Origin: Gemmatimonadota bacterium
Lineage (GTDB): Bacteria; Gemmatimonadota; Gemmatimonadetes; Palauibacterales; Palauibacteraceae
Reading direction: 5' to 3'
NCBI GenBank assembly: GCA_965116475.1
Contig: OZ220691.1
Coordinates: 672,001 to 736,000 of the forward strand
DNA length: 64,000 nt
In this document: in pieces, positions 30,432 to 39,712 of the stretch
How positions within the stretch are numbered: position 1 is the first letter of the stretch
Layout of the letters: each line of letters starts with the position of its first letter
Position numbers and translations under genes: made by a program
Notes under the pieces: generated by a model
The model's input: only the letters and a program-made list of their open reading frames with translations
Told to the model about the DNA's origin: nothing
The model's database searches: none

Positions 30432-32002
30432 TCGCGTTCCTCTCGCCGGGGTTCGTTGTCGTGTGTGTGGGGTCCGCCGTGTGTGTCGGGTCCAGGTCCG
30501 GGTTCGGGTCCGGGTTCGGGCGCTCGCGTCCTCCCGGATATCAGGCGGCTGCGTACCGCCGGGGCCGCGAAGCTCACCACCGCCAGCAGGAGCAGCACCA
30601 AACCGATCGGGCTCTCCAGGAAGATCGAGTGCGACCCGGACGACAGGCTCAACGCTCGCCGATAGTTCGTCTCGATCATGGGACCGAGGATGAGGCCGAG
30701 CACCGCCGGCGCCAGCGGGTAGCCGCCTCGCAGCATAGCGAAGCCGACCAGCCCGAAGAAGAGGGCGGCCCACGCATCCGCCGCGTTGCCGCGGAGCGAG
30801 AAGGTGCCCACGAGCGAAATCGCCACGACGAGCGGCATCAGGATCGACGGCCGCAGCCGGACCACCCGGGTCCAGAGGGGGATCCCGAGGCGCCCCACGG
30901 CCAGCATGAGCAGCACCGCCACCACGAATCCCGCGTACAGCGCGTAGACGAGTTCCGAGCGCTCGGTCATGAGCAGCGGTCCGGGCGCCACGCCCTGCAC
31001 CGTGAGGCCCCCGAGGAGGACGGCGGCGCTGGCGGAACCGGGGATCCCGAGCGCGAGGAGCGGGATCATCGCCGCCCCCACGCACGAGTTGTTCGCCGCC
31101 TCCGGCGCCGCGATGCCCGCCGGCACGCCCGTCCCGAACCGCTCGGGCGTCTTCGAGACGCGACGTTCCTCGTTCCACGCGACGATGGAGGCGATCGTCG
31201 CCCCGGCCCCCGGGATGGCCCCGATCAGGCCCCCGATGGCGGATCCCCGCAGAATCGTGCGCCACAATCCGAACAGCTCGCGAGCCCCGGGGAGGGCGCC
31301 GGCGATGCCGCTTCCGGGGGGTGTCGACCTGCGGCGGCCGGTCACCGCCGCCAGCGCCTCCGCGATCGCAAAGAAGCCGATCAGCATCGGGACGAGCCCG
31401 AGACCGTCCATGAGCGCGGTCGTGCCGAACGTGAGGCGCGGGGCCCCTGTGAGCACGTCGAGCCCGACGATGAAGAAGAGGAGCCCGAGGAGCGCGCTCA
31501 CAATCCCCTTGAACGGATCCTTTCCCACCAGGTTCGCGACGATGGAGAGCCCGAACACGCCGAGCCCGAAGTACTCCGCCGGCCCGAAGGCGATCGCCGC
31601 CCGCGAGAGCGGCCCCAGCGCGAGGACGAGGACGATGGTGCCGAGGAGCCCGCCGCTCATGCTGGAAAAGAGGGAGATCCCGAGGGCGCGTCCCGCTTCG
31701 CCGCGCCGGGTCATGGCGTAGCCATCGAAGGTCGTGGCGAGGGCGGGCGAACTCCCCGGCACGCCGATCGCGATCGCGGTGATCGAACCGCCGTACTCCG
31801 CCGCCATGTAGATCGAGACCATCATCAGGAGCGCCGGCGTCGGGTCGAGGGCGAACGTGACGGGGAGGACGAGCGCGAGTCCCACCGTCGAACTCAGCCC
31901 CGGCATCGCACCCGCGAACACGCCGAGGAGGCTCCCGGCGAGGAGCGCCGCGAGGTTCCCCGGCTGGAGCGCCGTCAGCAGGCCGTCGAAGAACGCGGAC
32001 AA
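30428..32002 (-). CDS. tctA: Tripartite tricarboxylate transporter large permease
   Basis: GAMPGL, YGGSITAI, PGAGA, APEAANN, LGIPGS. Confidence 0.93.
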   Translation of the reverse strand: MSAFFDGLLTALQPGNLAALLAGSLLGVFAGAMPGLSSTVGLALVLPVTFALDPTPALLMMVSIYMAAEYGGSITAIAIGVPGSSPALATTFDGYAMTRRGEAGRALGISLFSSMSGGLLGTIVLVLALGPLSRAAIAFGPAEYFGLGVFGLSIVANLVGKDPFKGIVSALLGLLFFIVGLDVLTGAPRLTFGTTALMDGLGLVPMLIGFFAIAEALAAVTGRRRSTPPGSGIAGALPGARELFGLWRTILRGSAIGGLIGAIPGAGATIASIVAWNEERRVSKTPERFGTGVPAGIAAPEAANNSCVGAAMIPLLALGIPGSASAAVLLGGLTVQGVAPGPLLMTERSELVYALYAGFVVAVLLMLAVGRLGIPLWTRVVRLRPSILMPLVVAISLVGTFSLRGNAADAWAALFFGLVGFAMLRGGYPLAPAVLGLILGPMIETNYRRALSLSSGSHSIFLESPIGLVLLLLAVVSFAAPAVRSRLISGRTRAPEPGPEPGPGPDTHGGPHTHDNEPRREERE

Positions 32003-32009
32003 CGGCGGG

Positions 32010-32507
32010 TCAGAACCCGGAGGGGAGCGGCACGCCGAGCGCCACCATGAACACGAGGTAGATGAAGGCGGCGAAGAGGAGCGGCACGGAGATGAGCACG
32101 AGCCGCGAGCGCTCGCCCGTCAGCCACATCAGCCCGGCCACGAGGAGCGGAACCGACACGACGGTCCCAAGCCGGGGCCAGATGAGGAGGAAGACGGCGA
32201 TCCACGCCGCGCCCAGCCCGAGGCGCGCACCGCGGCCGGCTCCCGGGCTCCCGGCGACGTTCCCGCGGGAACGTCCGGCGTCCGACTCGTGCGGCTGTCG
32301 CGCGGCCCGGATCGCGAGCCAGGCCGCGCACACCATGAGCAGCACGGCGAGCAGCCGGGGGAAGAAGGCCGGGCCCGGCGCCCCCTCCGCCAGCGATCCC
32401 GGGTAGGAGCGCGAGTCCAGCAGGACCCCAGCCGCCACGACGGCGAGCAACCCGGCCTCCGCGAGCAGGCGCAGACGCACGGCCCCGCCCGCCGAGGGAC
32501 TACTCAT
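32010..32507 (-). CDS. tctB: Tripartite tricarboxylate transporter small permease
   Basis: GPAFFP...LGVPLP, located between tctC and tctA. Confidence 0.88.
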   Translation of the reverse strand: MSSPSAGGAVRLRLLAEAGLLAVVAAGVLLDSRSYPGSLAEGAPGPAFFPRLLAVLLMVCAAWLAIRAARQPHESDAGRSRGNVAGSPGAGRGARLGLGAAWIAVFLLIWPRLGTVVSVPLLVAGLMWLTGERSRLVLISVPLLFAAFIYLVFMVALGVPLPSGF

Positions 32508-33507
32508 CCAGGATTCCCAGCCGCCGCAGCATGTCCCGGCTCGTCGCCACCTCCTCGGCCATCCAGACGCCGAACGCGTCCGCGTCCGCCATCGTCGCGT
32601 ATTCCAGCGCGGCCCGCTCCATGTATTCGCGGAACCCCGGGTCCTCGATCGCGGCCATCAGCCGCGCCCGCAGCTCCGCGCGGATTTCCGGATCCAGCCC
32701 CGGCGGTCCCACGACTCCGCGCCAGTGGACCGGAGCCAGATCGTACCCCTGCTCCGCGTAGCCCGGCGTGTCCGGGAGCGCCTCGACGGGGAGCGCCACG
32801 CCCAGCACCCGCATCGTCCCCGCCCGCAGGTGCTCGCGCACGATGTTGTAGTTCGTGTGCGCCGCGTCCGTGTGCCCGCCGAGCGCCGCCACCACCGCGT
32901 CGGCCGACCCCTCGTACGCGATCCAGCGCACGTCCGGGTCCCCCGCCGCGGCCCTCAGGCGGGCGAAGCCGAGAAAGTGGGCCGACGCCGCCCCGAACCC
33001 CGACACCGAGACCTCGCCCGGCCGGGCGTGCGCCGCCTCGAACAGGTCGCCCAGCGTGTGGAAGGGGCTGTCGTCCCGCACCGCGATCAGGAAGGGGTCG
33101 ATCTGGATGCGGAGGATGGGGGTGAAGTCCCCGGGAGAGAACGGGATCCGCCCGGTCGCCATGTTCACGGTGCCGCTCGCCGTGAAGACGCCGAGCACGT
33201 GGGGGTCGCCTTCCCGGCCCTGCAGGTACTGCATGCCGGCGGCGCCCGCCCCGCCCTGCCGGGTCATCACGTTGACGCGCCGCCCCTCGAAGTGCGGCGG
33301 CGCGGCGTCGGCGAGGGCCCGCGAGAGGAGGTCCGTCGGTCCGCCCGGCGTCGCCCACGAGACGATCTCGATGGACCGGCTCGGAAACGCCGCCCCCTCC
33401 CCGGAAGGCGAACAACCGGCCGCGGCGACCGACACCACGACCAGACCCGCTGCGGCCGCCGCGAGTCGACGTCCGGATGATGGAGCAGACCATCTTCGGG
33501 CATTCAT
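32500..33507 (-). CDS. tctC: Tripartite tricarboxylate transporter substrate-binding lipoprotein
   Basis: FPSRSIEIV...PGGPTD, GGAGAAG, YEGS...ALGGH. Lipobox AAGC. Confidence 0.9.
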   Translation of the reverse strand: MNARRWSAPSSGRRLAAAAAGLVVVSVAAAGCSPSGEGAAFPSRSIEIVSWATPGGPTDLLSRALADAAPPHFEGRRVNVMTRQGGAGAAGMQYLQGREGDPHVLGVFTASGTVNMATGRIPFSPGDFTPILRIQIDPFLIAVRDDSPFHTLGDLFEAAHARPGEVSVSGFGAASAHFLGFARLRAAAGDPDVRWIAYEGSADAVVAALGGHTDAAHTNYNIVREHLRAGTMRVLGVALPVEALPDTPGYAEQGYDLAPVHWRGVVGPPGLDPEIRAELRARLMAAIEDPGFREYMERAALEYATMADADAFGVWMAEEVATSRDMLRRLGILDE

Positions 33508-33569
33508 GGGAGGAAATGTGACGCCTTCGTCTGAGACAGGCCACCGAGACAGGCCGCAGGGGCCACGGG

Positions 33570-33902
33570 GCGGCCGGAGGGCACGGCATTGCCCGTCGAA
33601 TCGACGGGTTCGATTACATCGCTTCATCGAATCTCCTGGAGGCCGAGCTGCGATCCGCCTGCGCAAGGGAGGGCCGGCCCGTCCCGGAGCACCTTGTATC
33701 GGCCTTCCGCTGGGTACAGCCGACCCGGCCCCTGTCGACCGAACTGCGATCCGTGCTGCGGGCGGGGTACCTGAGAGGCGTGGATCTCTGGCATGTCGCC
33801 TGTGCCCTGTACGTGGTGGGGGAGGCGGAGGATGTGACGTTCATCACGCTTGATCAGCGCCAGACAGAGGTCGTGGCGGCCCTGGGGTTTCGGCTCGACT
33901 AG
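33570..33902 (+). pseudogene. VapC/PIN-domain toxin remnant
   Basis: Not in the ORF track. Reads ARRIDGFDYIASSNLLEAELRSA...LSTELRSVLRAGYLRGVDLWHVACALY...FITLDQRQTEVVAALGFRLD*. No start codon or N-terminal DTS motif; apparent frameshift near 33590. Confidence 0.75.
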
Positions 33903-33970
33903 CCCAGCGCCATCCAGACCGGCGCCGCGCGGGCTGGTGGCGGCGGGCGGGCGTTCGGTAGACTCCCCGC

Positions 33971-34861
33971 ATGAGCGAACCCGGAAGCGAAGCCGCAACG
34001 CCCACTACGGTCCCGATGGCGGTCCCGATGCCGACCGCCAGGACGGGGGCCGGCTGGCGGCGCGACGTGTGGCCGGGGGTCCACTGGATCCAGGAGTGCG
34101 GCGGGCACCGGGCCGGAATCGCGCGCGCGGTGCTGGAGAGCGGCGCGGACTGGTACAGGCCCGGGAACGAGCTTCACATCCCGCAGAACGCGTACCTCCT
34201 GACCGGCGAGCGGACGCTGCTCTGGGACACCCTCTCTCCGGCCTCGGGCCACATCCTTCTCCCGGCGCTCGAGGCACTGCTCGGCGATCGGCCGCTCGAC
34301 TACCTCGCGCTCTCGCATCCCGACGTACCGCACGCGGGGAATACGATGCAGGTGCTGCGGCGCTATCCAGCCTGCCGGCTCGTGGCGCCGGCGACCGGCG
34401 AGACGCACGCGCTGTATCACCTCGACGATGCGATGAAGGTGGGGCCCGCGGCCGAGATCGATCTCGGCGGGCTCCGGGTCCGCTTCCCGGAAGCGACGTT
34501 TCTCGACGCCGCGATCCACACGTGGATGAGCGAGGAGACGACCCGCACGCTCTTCACGGTCGACTGGATGGGATTCCCCCACCAGACCGGCGAGTGCCTG
34601 CGGCGCACGGACGAGATCGACACGGCGGTGGACGTGGGGCGCCTCGAGGAGTTCCACAGCCGGGTCATGTTCTGGTTCCAGTACGTGGTTCCCGAGAAGG
34701 TGACGGCGGCGACGGACGCGCTCGCGGTGCAGTTCGCCGGCTACGGGTTCGCGCCCGCGCACGGACTCCCGATCCCCGGGGAGGACGCGGCCCCGTACTA
34801 CGAGCGCCTGAACGAAGTCGTGCGGCGGGTGGCGGCGGGCGGACGCGGGGGCGTCCTGTGA
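33971..34861 (+). CDS. MBL-fold metallo-hydrolase (flavodiiron/ODP-like domain)
   Basis: NAYLL...DT, SHPDVPHAGN, LFTVDWMG, APAHG. Confidence 0.8.
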   Translation: MSEPGSEAATPTTVPMAVPMPTARTGAGWRRDVWPGVHWIQECGGHRAGIARAVLESGADWYRPGNELHIPQNAYLLTGERTLLWDTLSPASGHILLPALEALLGDRPLDYLALSHPDVPHAGNTMQVLRRYPACRLVAPATGETHALYHLDDAMKVGPAAEIDLGGLRVRFPEATFLDAAIHTWMSEETTRTLFTVDWMGFPHQTGECLRRTDEIDTAVDVGRLEEFHSRVMFWFQYVVPEKVTAATDALAVQFAGYGFAPAHGLPIPGEDAAPYYERLNEVVRRVAAGGRGGVL

Positions 34862-34891
34862 GCCGGAGCATCCTGTGAGCCGGGGCGTCCC

Positions 34892-35632
34892 GTGAGCGCG
34901 ATCACCCTGGGCGGCGGGGTCTCCTGGGTCCACGAGTGCTTCCCGGAAACCGACGGCCACATCCACGTCTCCGTCTACCTGGTCGAGGCGCCGGAAGGGG
35001 CGATCCTCATGGACTCCGGCTCCTTTCACCACCGGCAGCGCCTCTCCGACCGGATCGGCGACGCCACCGCGGGACGGGGCGTCGGCGCCATCATCCTCTC
35101 ACACTCCGACTACCCTCACTCCGGGAACATTCCCGCTTTCCGCGGGGACTGGGGCGACTTCGAGATCGTCGCCTCCTGCGGGGACCCGGATCTCCAGGGC
35201 CTCCCGTACGCGCGCCGCACCAGGATCGGGGATGTGACCGATGTCCTCGGCCGGCGGTTCGTGGTGCTGGATCCCCCGCTCGCCGACCGCAACCACACCA
35301 CGTGGGTGTACGACGAAGCCTCGCGCACCCTGTTCGTGGCGGACGGCTTCGGGACGCTCCACGCCCCCGGCGCGTGCGACATCGACTGGGGCCGAATCCC
35401 GGAGGACGGACGCGCGGAGGGCGTGCATGAATTCCATGCACAGACGCTGCCCTGGCTGCGCTATGCGGACCCGAACCGGGTCATGGACGCGCTGCACGCG
35501 ATGCTGGAGCGGCATCCCCCGGCCTGGATCGCCCCGATCCACGGCCCGCCGATCGCCGAGGTGGACGTGGACCGCTACATGGCCGACCTGAGCGACGCCC
35601 TGACCCGCATCGCCGAACGGCACCACCGTTGA
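34892..35632 (+). CDS. MBL-fold metallo-hydrolase (paralog)
   Basis: VYLV...DSG, SHSDYPHSGN, LFVADGFG, APIHG. Confidence 0.8.
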   Translation: MSAITLGGGVSWVHECFPETDGHIHVSVYLVEAPEGAILMDSGSFHHRQRLSDRIGDATAGRGVGAIILSHSDYPHSGNIPAFRGDWGDFEIVASCGDPDLQGLPYARRTRIGDVTDVLGRRFVVLDPPLADRNHTTWVYDEASRTLFVADGFGTLHAPGACDIDWGRIPEDGRAEGVHEFHAQTLPWLRYADPNRVMDALHAMLERHPPAWIAPIHGPPIAEVDVDRYMADLSDALTRIAERHHR

Positions 35633-35722
35633 CGACGCTCCCCGGACGACCGCGCGGATCCGGGACGCTCCAATCGCTCCTGGAGCTTCTTCCGGCGGGT
35701 CAAGATTCACCCAGACCGCCTC

Positions 35723-36367
35723 TCAGCGGTCGATCAACTTTTCGAGGTCGCCATCGGAGGCGGCGCCGACGTGCCTGGCGCTGCCTGACACGAAGGTCGG
35801 GGTGGCGGTGATCCGCCAGCGGTCGGCGAGCGCGGCGTCGCGGGCGAGGCGCTCGGTCGTCGCGGCCGAGTTCAGGCAGAGGGCGAAGGGCGTTCCCGCG
35901 GGAACGTCCGCCGCCACCGCGACCGACTCCCAGTCCACGTCTCCGGTCTCCCAGTCATCGTTCGTCATCAGGTAGTCGTGCATGCGCGGGAACGTTCCGT
36001 GCTTCTCGGCGCAGATCGCGGCGCGTGCCGCCTGGGCGGAGCGCTCCGAGAGGGGCACGTGTACGAGCACCACGCGGACTTCGCCCGAGGCGACCCACCC
36101 GTTTACTGTCTCGTGCGACGAACGGCAGAAGGGACACAGGTAGTCGCTGAACTCGAAGATCGTCTGCGGGGCAGCCCCGCTGCCGAGCGCACTTCGCCGA
36201 GCCGCGGCGGCCTGTCTCCATTCCTCGCGATACAGCGCGAGCACCTGCCGCTCGGCCTTCCACTCCCGCAGGCGGCCGCCGACGACCCCCGATGGGCGGA
36301 AGGCGATCACCGCCAGGAGGATGCAGCACACGGCGAGACCGATGTCCTGGATCCCGGGGCGCTTCAT
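35723..36367 (-). CDS. DsbA-family thiol-disulfide oxidoreductase
   Basis: N-terminal TM, EFSDYLCPFC, ATPTF. ATGA overlap with the propeller gene. Confidence 0.88.
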   Translation of the reverse strand: MKRPGIQDIGLAVCCILLAVIAFRPSGVVGGRLREWKAERQVLALYREEWRQAAAARRSALGSGAAPQTIFEFSDYLCPFCRSSHETVNGWVASGEVRVVLVHVPLSERSAQAARAAICAEKHGTFPRMHDYLMTNDDWETGDVDWESVAVAADVPAGTPFALCLNSAATTERLARDAALADRWRITATPTFVSGSARHVGAASDGDLEKLIDR

Positions 36368-37668
36368 GTCCCCGGCGCCCTCGCGCCCGCGGGCAGCGGG
36401 ACGATCAGGACGTGTTCGACATCGAATTCGTCCCGTACCACCCCCACCGCCTCCGTGTCGTCGGCCCACAGCAGGTCGAAGCCGCCGGGGAACCCGACGT
36501 TCACGGCGGGGCTTCCCGGCCCGGCGTACACGCTCCAGACCGAGACGTCGTCTTCACCGCGCGCGGCGTCCGGTCGCGGCCGGTAGCCCGTCACCCAGAC
36601 GCGCCCGTCGGCGCCCGCAGTCACGGACCCCAGGGGCGGGAAGGAGTCGGGAAACGCCCACACATCGAGCGTGGCCGCGACACGGTCCCGCATCCCCGGC
36701 GGCAGAAGGCGGTTCATCTCGGCGCGGATGGGGACGAGCGCCATCTCCCGGTCGTCCGCGGTCACGGGCATCGATGGGAGGGAGAACTCGACCGGAGCCA
36801 GCGGGGTGCCGCCGGGCGTCACCCGCTCCGCGCGCGGACGTGCCGTGGACCCGAAGAGGACCACCGAATCGCGCGGCAGTACGAACGGCTGAGGCGAGAA
36901 CGGAATGCGGCCCGAGATGTACGAGTCTCCGGGATAGTTGAAGACCCGGATGCCCGTGGTCTCGGCGATGGGGTCGAAGCCCGTGCCGTCGGCCGATGTC
37001 AGGAAGATGACGATCTGCAGGGGATGAGACTCGCCCATCTCGTCGACGGCCCGGTCGGGCCTCGGCACCGCCCACACCAGCCGACCGTCGTTCAGGGCGC
37101 CCCGCAGCCGCGGGGATTGCAGGGTGTCCCCCGGAGGGATCGCGACCCCGACGCGTCGCACATTTCCGCCGGTGTACGGCCAGATGGACGCGCCTCCCCC
37201 CGCCCCGTCGTATACGAGCACGGAATCGCCGCGGTATTCGAAGAGCGCCGTCAGTTCCCCGAGTTCACGCGGACCGCCGCCCACGCCGCCCCGCGTGTCG
37301 CGCCACGCCCCATCGAGCGTGAACGTGCGCAGCGTGGCGTCGCCGCGGTTCGCCACCACCAGCACACCGGCCGACCGGTCCACGATGACGCCGGCGATGT
37401 CATGGAAATCCGTCTGCCCATCCCCGGACGCCCCGGACGCGCTCCCGAGCCGCAGGCGGGGCGACCCCGCGCGAAGATGCGCGGGGCCCGCTCCGAGGTC
37501 CGTTCCGACATCCGTTCCGACATCCGTTCCGAGGTCCGCTCCCGGTTCCGCCGAAGCGACCGTATCGGTACGGCTGTCCCCCTCCAGGCATGCGGCAGCC
37601 ACCATCGCCGCCGCGAATGTCGTCCAGTGCCGGGGCCGCATGCGGCCCCCCGTCGTCTTGAGCCTCAT
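36364..37668 (-). CDS. 6-bladed beta-propeller lipoprotein
   Basis: Lipobox AAAC, GGVGGGPRE, DSFP...DGRVWV, C-terminal RDEFDVEHV. Confidence 0.75.
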   Translation of the reverse strand: MRLKTTGGRMRPRHWTTFAAAMVAAACLEGDSRTDTVASAEPGADLGTDVGTDVGTDLGAGPAHLRAGSPRLRLGSASGASGDGQTDFHDIAGVIVDRSAGVLVVANRGDATLRTFTLDGAWRDTRGGVGGGPRELGELTALFEYRGDSVLVYDGAGGGASIWPYTGGNVRRVGVAIPPGDTLQSPRLRGALNDGRLVWAVPRPDRAVDEMGESHPLQIVIFLTSADGTGFDPIAETTGIRVFNYPGDSYISGRIPFSPQPFVLPRDSVVLFGSTARPRAERVTPGGTPLAPVEFSLPSMPVTADDREMALVPIRAEMNRLLPPGMRDRVAATLDVWAFPDSFPPLGSVTAGADGRVWVTGYRPRPDAARGEDDVSVWSVYAGPGSPAVNVGFPGGFDLLWADDTEAVGVVRDEFDVEHVLIVPLPAGARAPGT

Positions 37669-37684
37669 GTGATCACCATCACCG

Positions 37685-37957
37685 TTAGGGTAGATCGGGA
37701 TCGGAAGGAGGGCCCCAGATGGGAAAGAGGCATCCCCGCACGCACTCGTTGACCTCGTAGTTGCAGCCCCATTCACCGTCCAGGACGCAGTCCGCCCATC
37801 CCCGATAACAGTCGCTCACGCAGTCGCCACCGCCGCGCGCGGACGCGGCCCGGCCGGGTTGCGCCAGGATGGCCGTGGCCAGCACGAGGTTGAAACCAAG
37901 GAGTACCCAGCGTCCCGCTTTCGTTCCCGCTCTCGGTCCCGCTTTCGTCGTCTTCAT
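37685..37957 (-). CDS. Small secreted Cys-rich peptide 1 (90 aa)
   Basis: Purine-rich RBS and signal peptide. Mature region has Cx3Cx6Cx7Cx6Cx3C. Confidence 0.75.
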   Translation of the reverse strand: MKTTKAGPRAGTKAGRWVLLGFNLVLATAILAQPGRAASARGGGDCVSDCYRGWADCVLDGEWGCNYEVNECVRGCLFPIWGPPSDPDLP

Positions 37958-38238
37958 CGTCCCCTCCCTCTCCCGGGTTGTCGGAAGGCCGGGTCGCGGC
38001 CGCCAAGATCGTCGGCGCGCCCGTCGCGACCCTCCGGGACGGACCCTCCGTCCCATGCCTTCCGAGATTCACCTCCAGAATCCCCCGGGCTATCAACGGG
38101 CTATCAACTCCCGCACGGCCGGCGGGCAACCGGGCGGACGCCGGACAGGCGGGCGCACGCCGGGCGGCACTCGCCTGCCCTTCGCACGCCACGTATCGTC
38201 GGAACCTCACGGAACCTCGGGACGACAGGAGGGCCTGG

Positions 38239-39099
38239 ATGGCGGATGTGCTTTGCATAGGCGGGACGGGGACCGTCGGGAGCCGGGTCGTCGAGGGCCT
38301 GGTGGCCCGCGGCGCATCGGTCCGTTGCCTGACGCGCTCGGCGGACGGCGCGCAGGCGTCGACGGAGGGAGTCGAATTCGTGCGAGGCGACCTGGAGCGG
38401 CCCGACACGCTCGCTCCGGCGCTCGAAGGCGTGTCGCGCCTGCACCTCCTCACCGCGCTCCACCCGCGGGAGGCGCAACTCGGGATCGGGGCGGTCGATG
38501 CGGCCGCGGAGGCCGGCGTCGAGCGGATCGTCTTCCATTCCGCGCACCGCGCGCACGCGGCGCCCCACATCCCCCACTTCGCGAGCAAGATGGAGATCCT
38601 CGCCGCGCTCGAGGCCTCCGGCGTCCCGTGGGCCACCATCGAACCGAACCACTATTTCCAGAACGACCTGTGGCTGCGGCGGTCGCTCGAAGCCGGGGTC
38701 TACCCCGCGCCGCTCGGGGGCGCGGGACTGCACCGGGTCGACGTCCGCGACATCGCCGACGCCACCGTGAACGCGCTCCTCGACGACGGCCACGAGGGGA
38801 TCCGGCATCCGGTGGTGGGACCCGAACTCCTGACGAGCGCGGATGTCGTCGGCACCTGGAGCGAGCACCTCGGCCGCGAGATCGAGTACGTGGGCGACGA
38901 CCTCGACGCGTGGGAGGCGCGCGCCGGTCGGCACCTGCCGGACTGGCTCGTGAGGGACCTGCGCGTCATGTCGGAGTATTTCCTCTCCGACGGGCTCATC
39001 GCGACGGAGGAGGACTTCGCGACGATGAGCCACGTGCTGGGCCACGCGCCGCGCGTGTTCGAGGACTTCGTGCGGGAGACGGTCGCGGCCTGGCGCTGA
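38239..39099 (+). CDS. NmrA-like NAD(P)-binding protein
   Basis: AGGAGG RBS, CIGGTGTVGS Rossmann motif, VDVRDIA. Confidence 0.88.
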   Translation: MADVLCIGGTGTVGSRVVEGLVARGASVRCLTRSADGAQASTEGVEFVRGDLERPDTLAPALEGVSRLHLLTALHPREAQLGIGAVDAAAEAGVERIVFHSAHRAHAAPHIPHFASKMEILAALEASGVPWATIEPNHYFQNDLWLRRSLEAGVYPAPLGGAGLHRVDVRDIADATVNALLDDGHEGIRHPVVGPELLTSADVVGTWSEHLGREIEYVGDDLDAWEARAGRHLPDWLVRDLRVMSEYFLSDGLIATEEDFATMSHVLGHAPRVFEDFVRETVAAWR

Positions 39100-39111
39100 G
39101 GAGATCGACAC

Positions 39112-39705
39112 ATGTTCACGATATACATCTTCAGTCTTCTCGTGGGCGGCGGCTTCCTCGCCCTGTCCGTGTTCGGCGACTTCCTGGACGGCATGGACAT
39201 CAGCATGGATGTCGACGTGGACGTCGATGTGGATATCGACGCGGACCTGGACGCGGGGGGCGCGGCCGACGTGGCGAGACTTCTCTCGCTGCGGACGATC
39301 GTCTACGCCATGTTCGGATTCGGCGCGACCGGCGCCATCCTGCACTGGTTCACGAGTCCCGCGGTCACGGCCGCCATCGCCGGCGTCACGGGACTGGCCT
39401 CCGGGGCGTTCATCGGCGCCGCCTTCCGCTACATCAAGCGCTCGGGCGCCGGCACCGCGCTCGGCGAGCGTTCGCTGGCCGGGTTGACGGGCGAAGTCAC
39501 GATGGAAATAGCGTCGGACGGTGCGGGTACGGTGAAGGTGTCGCGCGGCGAGCGCCGGTTCAGCGTGCGGGCCCGCATGGATGCGACGTGCCCGGACGAC
39601 CTGCCGCTGCGCGCCGGACAGTCGGTCGTCGTCGTGCGCATGACGGACGGCATCGCGGACGTCGTGCCCGTGGATCCCGAAGATATGCAACTGCTCGAGG
39701 AATGA
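39112..39705 (+). CDS. NfeD/YuaF-like membrane protein
   Basis: TM helices, Asp-rich loop, C-terminal OB-like domain, directly upstream of flotillin. Confidence 0.8.
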   Translation: MFTIYIFSLLVGGGFLALSVFGDFLDGMDISMDVDVDVDVDIDADLDAGGAADVARLLSLRTIVYAMFGFGATGAILHWFTSPAVTAAIAGVTGLASGAFIGAAFRYIKRSGAGTALGERSLAGLTGEVTMEIASDGAGTVKVSRGERRFSVRARMDATCPDDLPLRAGQSVVVVRMTDGIADVVPVDPEDMQLLEE

Positions 39706-39712
39706 GGTCGAA

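Noticed and set aside
15-35032. Many long alternative-frame or antisense ORFs (e.g. 15..1268, 1619..3937, 9617..11632, 18033..20357, 26695..29238)
   Set aside because: Arg/Pro/Gly-rich shadows of well-supported genes, expected at this GC content, with no recognisable motifs.
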